NCBI GenBank assembly: GCA_030038015.1
Contig: JASHPR010000593.1
Location: 1-45,440, forward strand
Source of the DNA: Streptosporangiaceae bacterium
Lineage (GTDB): Bacteria; Actinomycetota; Actinomycetes; Streptosporangiales; Streptosporangiaceae
Direction of reading: 5' to 3'
Length of the DNA stretch: 45,440 bases
Positions 38,394-45,440 of this stretch are shown one piece after another. A program made the translations under genes and the position numbers. How positions within the stretch are numbered: the stretch's first letter is position 1; each line of letters begins with the position of its first letter. The notes beneath the pieces were generated by a model. That model saw only the letters and a list, made by a program, of their open reading frames with translations. It was not told the DNA's origin and made no database searches.

Positions 38394-39586
38394 TGGCCAG
38401 GTCCGGCCCGCCGCCGGTGCTGAGCGTCGACCGGCTCATTGATGACCGGCGCATCCGGGTGATCGTCTGCTGCGGCTCTGGCGGGGTGGGCAAGACCACG
38501 ATCGCCGCCGCCATCGGCCTGCGCGCAGCGCAGCGGGGCAGGAACGTGGTCGTGCTCACCGTCGACCCGGCCCGCAGGCTGGCCCAGTCGATGGGGCTGT
38601 CCCGGCTGGACAACACCCCGCGGCCGGTCCCGTTCCCGGAGCGGGTCCCCGGCGGCACCAACGGCACCGGCCTGAACGGGACGCCAGGCGGCAGCCTGCA
38701 CGCGATGATGCTGGACATGAAGCGGACCTTCGACGAGATCGTCGAGGCCCATGCCGACCCGGATCGCGCGGCCCAGATACTGGCGAACCCGTTCTACCAG
38801 TCGCTGTCGTCCGGGTTCTCCGGCACGCAGGAGTACATGGCCATGGAGAAGCTGGGCCAGCTTCGCCGGGCCGAGGAATGGGACCTGATCGTCGTGGACA
38901 CCCCGCCGAGCCGGTCCGCGCTCGACTTCCTCGACGCGCCGCAGCGGCTGGGCAGGTTCCTCGACGGCCGGCTGATCCGGCTGCTCGTCGCCCCGGCCAA
39001 GGCGGGCGGGCGGGCGTACCTGCGGGTGCTGAACGCCAGCTTCAGCATGGTGACCGGCGTCCTGACCAAGGTGCTCGGCGCTCAGGTGCTCAAGGACGTG
39101 CAGACCTTCGTGTCGGCCCTGGACACCATGTTCGGCGGGTTCCGTGAGCGGGCGGACTACACCTACCGGCTGCTGCGCGCCCCGGGCACGGCGTTCCTGG
39201 TGGTCGCCGCGCCGGAGCCGGACGCGCTGCGCGAGGCCTCATATTTTGTGGAGCGCCTGGACGAGGAGGGCATGCCCCTGGCCGGCCTGGTCCTCAACCG
39301 GGTGCACCGCTCGCCGGCCGCCCGCCTGTCGGCCGCCCGCAGCCTGGCCGCGGCGGAAACCCTGCAGGCAGCGAACGGCCAGGACGGCGCCTCCCATGCG
39401 CTGGCGATCGCCGCGCTGCGGCTGCACGCCGAACGGATGCAGCAGTCCGCGGCCGAACAGCGCGTGGCAGAGCACTTCACCGGGGCCCACCCGCACGTGC
39501 CGGTCGTCGAAGTACCCGCCCAGCCAGAGGACATCCACGACCTCGCCGGGCTCGCGGCTGTGGGGGACAGTTTCCACACCGAATGA
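38390..39586 (+). CDS. ArsA/Get3-like ATPase (Rv3680-type)
   Basis: 398 aa. GTG 38390 or ATG 38393 overlaps the upstream TGA. P-loop CCGSGGVGKTTIAAAIG, then VLTVDPARRLAQSMGL and DLIVVDTPPS. Confidence 0.88.
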   Translation: MMARSGPPPVLSVDRLIDDRRIRVIVCCGSGGVGKTTIAAAIGLRAAQRGRNVVVLTVDPARRLAQSMGLSRLDNTPRPVPFPERVPGGTNGTGLNGTPGGSLHAMMLDMKRTFDEIVEAHADPDRAAQILANPFYQSLSSGFSGTQEYMAMEKLGQLRRAEEWDLIVVDTPPSRSALDFLDAPQRLGRFLDGRLIRLLVAPAKAGGRAYLRVLNASFSMVTGVLTKVLGAQVLKDVQTFVSALDTMFGGFRERADYTYRLLRAPGTAFLVVAAPEPDALREASYFVERLDEEGMPLAGLVLNRVHRSPAARLSAARSLAAAETLQAANGQDGASHALAIAALRLHAERMQQSAAEQRVAEHFTGAHPHVPVVEVPAQPEDIHDLAGLAAVGDSFHTE

Positions 39587-39645
39587 CAGCCCGCCGCGGT
39601 CGGCAGACGACAGGCGCGGCGGGCCAGGGAATCAAGCCGTAGTGG

Positions 39646-39945
39646 TCAGCTGGCGACGAGCTCGTCGCCAGCCCTCTCGTACTGGTTGCGCGCGCTCTCC
39701 AGCAGGTCGCGCCATGAGGTCACGTCCGGGCGGCGGCGGAGCAGCGCACGCCGCTCACGCTCGGTCATGCCGCCCCATACCCCGAACTCGATCCGGTTGT
39801 CGAGTGCGTCGGCGAGGCACTCGGTCCGCACTGGGCAGCCCCGGCAGATCAGCTTGGCCCGGTTCTGCGCCGCGCCCTGGACGAAAAGCTCGTCAGGATC
39901 TGTTCCCTTGCAGGCGGCACGGGCGGTCCAGTCCGTGATCCACAT
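39646..39945 (-). CDS. wblA: WhiB-family Fe-S transcription factor, WblA/WhiB4 orthologue
   Basis: ORF 39646..39954. ATG 39945 is preferred (AGGAGG SD with a 10-nt spacer; GTG 39954 abuts the SD). MWITDWTARAACKGTDPDELFVQGAAQNRAKLICRGCPVRTECLADALDNRIEFGVWGGMTERERRAL contains four Cys plus the GVWGG turn. Sits between the ArsA pair and the PBP, as whiB4 does in M. tuberculosis. Confidence 0.9.
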   Translation of the reverse strand: MWITDWTARAACKGTDPDELFVQGAAQNRAKLICRGCPVRTECLADALDNRIEFGVWGGMTERERRALLRRRPDVTSWRDLLESARNQYERAGDELVAS

Positions 39946-40295
39946 GTGGCCCACTCCTCCTGATCGTCACGCCCACGCAGGGGTCGTCACGCCGGATGGC
40001 GTCTCGTAGCGGTCCAGGCACACGGCGGTACGCCGGGCCTCCGTAGCGGTAGTCGCGGAAGAGTAACTTACGGAAATCGGCCGCGCCGCGCTAGACCCCG
40101 CCAGGCCCATTTCTCAAATAGCCCTCCTGAGCTATCCGCACAGAAGTGACTAGTCACCCGGCCATCTTCACCCCCTGGTGGCCAGCCGATAGGCCGAGTT
40201 GAAGGGCCGGGCGCGGCACCGGTGCCCCGGGCAACGCCGCCCAGGGCACGGGATCCAGTTTCCCGGCGCCCGCATTACGGTGGCCAGCGTAGCCT

Positions 40296-42590
40296 GTGTG
40301 GGTGCTGAACTCAGAGCGCCGCGCCGGCGCAAGTGTCAGCGCAGTCGGCCGGCTCCTGGCCGTGTCCGTCGGCGCCGGGCTGCTCGTGGCTGCCGTGGCC
40401 GTACCGTTCATCGGGGCGGCCGGCGTAGCGACCCGCAACCTGGCGAACGCGTTCAACACGCTGAAGGTCCCGTCGCTGGGGACGCTGCCGTCGCGCTCAG
40501 AGCTCCTGACCGCCGACGGCAAGCTGATCGCGTACTACTACCCCAACAACATCTACCGCATCCCGGTTGCCTACAATCAGATCGCTCCTGTGATGGATGA
40601 TGCCATCGTGGCGATCGAGGACAACACGTACTTCCAGACCGGCGCGTTCGACCTGCGCGGCACGCTGCGTGCCCTGGCCAACGACCTCAGCGGCCAGTCC
40701 ACCCAGGGCGGCTCCACGATCGCCCAGGAGTACGTCAAGAACGCGCTCATCCTGACGGCAACGAACAAGCAGGAGCAGGAAGCCGCGACCGAGCAGACGG
40801 TCGCGAGGAAGATCCGCGAGCTGCGGATGGCCGCCGAGGTCGAGCAGGAGATGACCAAGGACCAGCTGCTCGCCGCGTACCTGAACGCCGCCTACTTCGA
40901 GAACAGCGCGGTCGGCATCCAGGTGGCCGCCGAGCGCTATTTCAGCACCAGCGCGGCCGACCTGACGCTGCCGGAAGCGGCCCTGCTGGCCGGGCTTGTG
41001 CGAAATCCCAGCCTTTATGATCCGTTTACTGACCCGTCTCAAGCCATTGCCCGGCGCAATGTCGTGCTCGCCCGCATGGAGCAGGTCGGCTATATAACGC
41101 AGAAACAGGCCACGGCCACCGAAAAGCTGCCGCTGGGCCTCAATCCGTCGAGCGCACCGCTGCAGCAGGGCTGTGTCAGCCCATCCGCGGCGAGCGATGC
41201 GTTCTTCTGCGACTACGTGATGGCCGAGATACGCAGCAACCCCGCCTACGCGAAGGCGAACGCGGCGCTCAACTCCACCGGCGGCCTAAAAATCTACACG
41301 ACCCTGATCCCGCAGGACCAGAACGCCGCGGATGAGGCGGTCAACTGGGTGCTGCCGGCGGAGAACGGCTACTACAACCCGAACAACGACGTCGACACCG
41401 AGGCCATGATCCAGCCGGGCACCGGCAAGATCCGGGCGATCGCAGTCGACCGGCCGTACGGCAGCGGGCCCGGCGAGACCACGGTCGACTACGCGGTGCC
41501 CACCCAGTACGACGGCGGCACCGGCGTGCAGACCGGCTCGTCGAGCAAGATCTTCACCCTGCTCACCGCGCTCAAGCAGGGCATTCCGTTCGGGTTCAGC
41601 CAGGCGGTGGTGTCCCCGTCCACGCTAGGGCCGTATTTCAGCTGCGATGGCCAGGTCAGCTACTACCCGAACCTGAGCAACGCCGAGGGTCCCGGCAAGG
41701 GAACGTTCACGCTGTACAACGGGACCACGCAGTCGATCAACGTGTTCTACGCCCACCTGGAGCAGAAAGTCGGGCTGTGCAACGTGGTCAAGACCGCGGT
41801 CAGCCTGGGGCTGACCTGGGCCAACGGCGTCTCGCTGCTCCGCCCGGACCCGGCGCTCGACCAGCCGTACCCCGCCGACGACATCCCGGCGTTCACGCTG
41901 GGCTTCGCGCCGGTCTCGCCGCTCAGCATGGCCGCGGCCTACGCGACGGTGGCGTCCGGCGGGATCTACTGCACCCCGATCGCGATCAGCCAGATCCTCA
42001 CCGCCAGCGGTGCCAGCCTCCCAGTGGAGTCGGCGAACTGCCACCGGGTGCTTTCGCCCGACGTGGCCGCCGCCGCGAACTACATCCTGCAGGGAGTCCT
42101 GGTCTCTCCGGGCACGGCGGCAGGCCGGGGGATCAACGTCCCGGCCGCGGCCAAGACCGGCACCGCGAACAGCGGCTACTACGCCGCCTTCGCGGGCTAC
42201 ACGCCGCACCTGGTCGGGTACGTGTCGGTGTTCAACCCGATCGACCCCACCAGCGGCGGCGCGATGCTGGGCAGCAACTCCTGCTACCGCGAGAACCCGG
42301 TCTTCGGCGGGGGCCTGGATTGCCCGGGCCAGATGTTTGGTGACAACGCGCCGGCCGCGACCTGGCAGATGAGCTTCCTGCGCGCCGACCTCGGCAGCCC
42401 GGCGGCCTTCCCCGGGGTGCCAACGGACTCCCCGTTCCTTTCCGAGGGCACCGGCATCAACTCGCCCAAGCCCGCCGGCGGCGGCCACGGAGGCGGTGGC
42501 GGCCACGGCGGGTTCGGCGGCGGTAACCCGCCGATAGGCCCGCTGGCCGAGGATCCGCTGGGAGAACTGTCCGCAGCGCTCGGGGGCTGA
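40296..42590 (+). CDS. class A penicillin-binding protein (transglycosylase + transpeptidase), PonA2-like
   Basis: 764 aa, GTG start. TM anchor LLAVSVGAGLLVAAVAVPFIG. GT51 motifs AIVAIEDNTYFQTGAFD and GGSTIAQEYVKN. Transpeptidase SxxK (SSSKIF) and KTG (AKTGTA). Gly-rich tail GGGHGGGGGHGGFGGG. Confidence 0.92.
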   Translation: MWVLNSERRAGASVSAVGRLLAVSVGAGLLVAAVAVPFIGAAGVATRNLANAFNTLKVPSLGTLPSRSELLTADGKLIAYYYPNNIYRIPVAYNQIAPVMDDAIVAIEDNTYFQTGAFDLRGTLRALANDLSGQSTQGGSTIAQEYVKNALILTATNKQEQEAATEQTVARKIRELRMAAEVEQEMTKDQLLAAYLNAAYFENSAVGIQVAAERYFSTSAADLTLPEAALLAGLVRNPSLYDPFTDPSQAIARRNVVLARMEQVGYITQKQATATEKLPLGLNPSSAPLQQGCVSPSAASDAFFCDYVMAEIRSNPAYAKANAALNSTGGLKIYTTLIPQDQNAADEAVNWVLPAENGYYNPNNDVDTEAMIQPGTGKIRAIAVDRPYGSGPGETTVDYAVPTQYDGGTGVQTGSSSKIFTLLTALKQGIPFGFSQAVVSPSTLGPYFSCDGQVSYYPNLSNAEGPGKGTFTLYNGTTQSINVFYAHLEQKVGLCNVVKTAVSLGLTWANGVSLLRPDPALDQPYPADDIPAFTLGFAPVSPLSMAAAYATVASGGIYCTPIAISQILTASGASLPVESANCHRVLSPDVAAAANYILQGVLVSPGTAAGRGINVPAAAKTGTANSGYYAAFAGYTPHLVGYVSVFNPIDPTSGGAMLGSNSCYRENPVFGGGLDCPGQMFGDNAPAATWQMSFLRADLGSPAAFPGVPTDSPFLSEGTGINSPKPAGGGHGGGGGHGGFGGGNPPIGPLAEDPLGELSAALGG

Positions 42591-42591
42591 C

Positions 42592-42619
42592 CGGCCGGCG
42601 GCCACCAGCCCGCCGGCCG
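42592..42619. terminator. GC-rich hairpin between convergent PBP and yqeY-like genes
   Basis: CGGCCGGCGG (42592-42601), loop CCACCAGC, CCGCCGGCCG (42610-42619). A perfect 10-bp stem starting 2 nt after the PBP stop. No U-tract, which is common in actinobacteria. Confidence 0.4.
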
Positions 42620-42671
42620 CGTCACCAGCCTCCCCTGGGCAGAACGGCTGGCCCGGCGAGCGGCAGAGCAG

Positions 42672-43127
42672 CTAGCCCGCGAGCGCGCGGCGGACCTCCG
42701 CGGCGACCCGGCTGCCCTCGGCGCGGCCCGCTACCCGCGGCGTGACCGCCTTCATCACCTGGCCCATCGCGCCCATGCCCGACGCGCCGGTCTGGCTGAT
42801 CGCATCGGCGACGATCGCCGCGAGTTCGTCGTCACTGAGCTGAGCCGGGAGGTACCCGGCAAGGACCTGCTCCTCGGCCCGCTCGCCGGCCGCCTGGTCG
42901 GAGCGCCCGGCCGAGTCGAACGCCTCGGCCGCCTCACGCCGCCGCCTGGCCTCCCTGGTGAGCACCCGGAGCACATCGTCGTCGCTCAGCTCATGGGCCG
43001 CGCTCCCGGACACCTCCTCGTTGGTGACCGAGGTGAGGACCATGCGCAGCGTTCTGGTCCGCACGTCGTCGCGTGCCTTCATCGCAGCGGTAAGGTCCGC
43101 GCGGAGACGATCCTTCAGTGCAGCCAT
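42672..43127 (-). CDS. GatB/YqeY domain-containing protein
   Basis: This is the last 151 codons of track ORF 42672..43484. MAALKDRLRADLTAAMKARDDVRTRTLRMVLTSVTNEEV...GMGAMGQVMKAV. Confidence 0.85.
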   Translation of the reverse strand: MAALKDRLRADLTAAMKARDDVRTRTLRMVLTSVTNEEVSGSAAHELSDDDVLRVLTREARRRREAAEAFDSAGRSDQAAGERAEEQVLAGYLPAQLSDDELAAIVADAISQTGASGMGAMGQVMKAVTPRVAGRAEGSRVAAEVRRALAG

Positions 43128-43226
43128 GAGGACATCCTGCCCTGTCCGGGCCCTGCCCGCCCGCCGCCCCGGCCCGGCGCGACGGCCAGGGGAGACCGCG
43201 GGCGCGCGGCATGACACCATGTGTAG

Positions 43227-44135
43227 ATGCGACGACAAGCCCTCATCGCAACGGCAGCCGCCGGAGCCGGCGTCTTCGGGTACGCGTCCGTCATCGAGCG
43301 CAACTGGTTCGCGCTGCGCCGCTATGACATCCCGGTGCTCCCGGCCGGCGCCAGGCCACTGCGCGTCCTGCATATCTCGGACGCGCACCTGAGCCCGGGG
43401 CGGCACCGGCTGCTTTCCTGGATCAGGTCCCTCGACGCCCTGCAGCCCGACATGGTGGTCAACACCGGCGACTCGATAGCCCACTCCGACGCCGTCCAGC
43501 CCTTCCTCGAGGCGCTCGGGCCGCTGCTCGACCGCCCCGGCGTTTTCGTCTACGGCTCCAATGACCTGTACTCGCCGAAGCCCAGGAACCCGGCGCGGTA
43601 CCTGTGGCGCGACAGCTCACTGAAGGGACGCGACGAGCCCGACCTGCCCTGGCCGGAGCTCGGCGCGGGCATGGAGGCGGCGGGCTGGCTGGACGCCAGC
43701 AACAGGCGCGGCCGGATCAAGGCCGGCGACCTGGACATCGCGGTCGGCGGGGTGCATGACTCACACATCGGCTATGACCGGTACGACGAGATCGCGGGTC
43801 CCGCCGACCCAGCCGCCGACCTCCGGCTCGGCGTGATGCACTCGCCCGAGCCCGCGGTCATGGACAGGTTCGCCGAGGACGGCTACGACCTGCTGCTGGC
43901 CGGCCACACCCACGGCGGCCAGGTGTGCCTGCCCTGGTACGGCACGCTGGTGACCAACTGCGGCATCGACCGGGTCCGGGCGCGCGGGCTGCACAGGCAC
44001 CCGGCAGACGCCGCCGACCCCAGGCAGCCGTGGCTGCACGTGTCCGCGGGCCTGGGCACCTCGCCGTGGGCCCCGTTCCGGCTGTGCTGCCGCCCGGAGG
44101 CCTCGCTGCTGACCCTCGTTCCGCGGATCAGCTGA
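43227..44135 (+). CDS. metallophosphoesterase (Rv3683-like)
   Basis: 302 aa. N-terminal TM helix. Calcineurin-like motifs LHISDAHL, NTGDS, GSND, GHTHGGQV. Confidence 0.88.
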   Translation: MRRQALIATAAAGAGVFGYASVIERNWFALRRYDIPVLPAGARPLRVLHISDAHLSPGRHRLLSWIRSLDALQPDMVVNTGDSIAHSDAVQPFLEALGPLLDRPGVFVYGSNDLYSPKPRNPARYLWRDSSLKGRDEPDLPWPELGAGMEAAGWLDASNRRGRIKAGDLDIAVGGVHDSHIGYDRYDEIAGPADPAADLRLGVMHSPEPAVMDRFAEDGYDLLLAGHTHGGQVCLPWYGTLVTNCGIDRVRARGLHRHPADAADPRQPWLHVSAGLGTSPWAPFRLCCRPEASLLTLVPRIS

Positions 44136-44178
44136 GCGCGGCGGTGCCCAGCGTCCGCTAGACTTTCGGAGCGGTCGC

Positions 44179-44252
44179 CGGGGTGTAGCGCAGCTTGGCA
44201 GCGCGCTTCGTTCGGGACGAAGAGGCCGCCGGTTCAAATCCGGCCACCCCGA
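44179..44252 (+). tRNA. tRNA-Pro (anticodon CGG)
   Basis: 74-nt cloverleaf folded by hand. Acceptor CGGGGTG/CACCCCG. D arm GCGC-AGCTTGGCA-GCGC. Anticodon arm CTTCG-TTCGGGA-CGAAG. Variable loop AGGCC. T arm GCCGG-TTCAAAT-CCGGC. Discriminator A. No encoded CCA. Confidence 0.93.
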
Positions 44253-44276
44253 CCCAGGTCAGAGGACTGTTTCTCA

Positions 44277-44573
44277 TCATGAGGAGCGGCCCTCCTTCCG
44301 TTCGTGCGTCACTGATGCGTCACGGCGCCTAGCCCACGATTCAAGCACCTTGCCGTGCGCACCGGGAGCCAGGTGGGCATGCCGCTGCGTCGTGGCGTAA
44401 TCCCCGTCGCCGAGAAGGGCCTGGACGTCGAGCAGGGGAACCCCGTCCTGCACCAGCCACGATGCCGCGGTGTGACGCATGATCCTCGGCGGGAACGGCC
44501 GGATTCCGGCAGCTCGGCCACGGCGACGGCGAGTCTGGCCGACGCGCGACAAGCACTGCCGGTCGCGTGGCAT
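44277..44573 (-). pseudogene. tyrosine recombinase (phage-type integrase) C-terminal remnant
   Basis: Only about 95 codons remain. AAGIRPFPPRIMRHTAASWLVQDGVPLLDVQALLGDGDYATTQRHAHL aligns to the integrase catalytic end ...HDLRHTAASWLV..GV....VQ.LLGH....TT.RYAHL. The second His is replaced by Asp (LGD) and the nucleophile Tyr by His (RHAHL). The whole N-terminal and core-binding part is absent. The stop lies 24 nt from the tRNA-Pro 3' end. Confidence 0.7.
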
Positions 44574-44585
44574 GCCTGCGGTGGC

Positions 44586-45440
44586 TCAGCCCGGCCACCA
44601 TGCGAACTGGCTGAGCCATTTGACCTGGCCGTAGTAGGCCGGCCAGTTGTCAGGCGGGAACAGTGGCCCGGCGATCTGGACCGGCTGCCCGGAAAGGCTG
44701 GGCAGCAGCCACAGCCCGTCGGCCGCGACATACAGCAGGCTCTACGTTCTGCGGGAAGCTCACCGAGGCGAGGTACGGGGCGCGCACCAGGGCCAGCGTC
44801 CCGCCGGCCGGCGACCAGGCGGGATCGAGCGTCACGGTCGACGCTGGCGCCGGGACACTGGTGCAGGCAGCAGCCAGGCGGCAGATCTGCACAGTCCGGT
44901 CCTGCCAGATCACCCGGCCCCCCATACTGTTGACCGGCCCGGGAATCTCGGCGACGATCGCCAGCTGCCCATCCGGAGCCGCGGCTACCTGGTCCAGGCC
45001 GCTGCCCGAGAGGGTGGAGCCAAGCCGCCGCGGATGCGCGCCCGGTGACGGGATCACATAAAACGGATCACCGTCGGCGTTGCACGAGTCACAGTCGCCG
45101 ACCGCCCAGTAGCCGATGCCCTGATGCGGCCACCAGCCCGCCGGGTCGATGAGGTAGTAGCCGTTGTTCTCTTGGGCGGTCAGCCGCAGCCATGTCGTTG
45201 GGCGTCCTCCCGCGACCGGGTAGCTGGTCAGCGAGCCCGATGAGACGCAGCCCTGGCTCACCGCGAGGCTGCGGCCATCGGGCGACCAGACCGCCGACCC
45301 GACGCCCGGCCAGACTCCCGACCCGACACCGGTTGCGCGTACCAGTGTCCGGGCCGAACCGGACGGCCCGACCAGCCGGATCGTGTCCGCCGTGGTGACC
45401 GCCAGCACGTCGGCGGCCGGGCTCCAGCCGATCAGCCCCC
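44586..45440 (-). pseudogene. PD40/WD40-like beta-propeller protein, 5'-partial (runs off the right edge), with an apparent frameshift near 44742
   Basis: Repeated ...WSPDG/WSPAG... blades (GWSPAADVLAV, AVWSPDGRSLAV, DPAWSPAGGTLALV). After ...SFPQN the listed frame falls to about 45% GC3. The adjacent frame (44741-44586, opening just after a TAG) has about 90% GC3 and reads SLLYVAADGLWLLPSLSGQPVQIAGPLFPPDNWPAYYGQVKWLSQFAWWPG*. Confidence 0.55.

Noticed and set aside
43128-43484. N-terminal 119 codons of ORF 42672..43484.
   Set aside because: This stretch overlaps the divergent metallophosphoesterase gene and its promoter region. The YqeY domain is complete from ATG 43127.

Overview
High-GC (about 70%+) Actinomycetota chromosomal window, almost fully coding and mostly housekeeping. 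From memory, gene order is colinear with the Mycobacterium tuberculosis Rv3596c-Rv3683 region. In order: mutY, clpC1, lsr2, [variable slot], lysS, [decayed slot], coaX, panC, DUF2520, DUF3180, folK, folB, folP, an MprF-like gene, folE, ftsH, hpt, tilS, a Zn-metalloprotease, dacB, ppa, crp, an MBL hydrolase, NUDIX, RidA, DUF4177, SPFH, two ArsA/Get3-like ATPases, a wblA/whiB4-type gene, a class A PBP, YqeY, a metallophosphoesterase and tRNA-Pro(CGG). I found no rRNA, no CRISPR array and no intact mobile element. The non-core content sits in three pockets. (1) Between lsr2 and lysS lies a 1,097-aa single-ORF fusion of an EndoQ-like PHP nuclease to a UvrD-type helicase. It is preceded by a RecA-NDp/PafBC-like promoter motif and is the best candidate for new biology here. 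The same slot holds an ArgA-like GNAT, an NlpC/P60 hydrolase behind a clear ydaO-type c-di-AMP riboswitch, an orphan ORF and a VOC protein. (2) Between lysS and coaX lie a CoA-transferase, about 1.2 kb of frameshifted gene debris and a LuxR/LAL regulator that lacks its NTPase domain. (3) Downstream of tRNA-Pro lie a truncated, catalytically dead tyrosine-integrase remnant and a frameshifted beta-propeller gene. I also report several tandem repeats, a G-tract array and hairpins. All calls come from reading the translations and DNA by eye; no database search was run. Family names are motif- and synteny-based, and most start codons are provisional.
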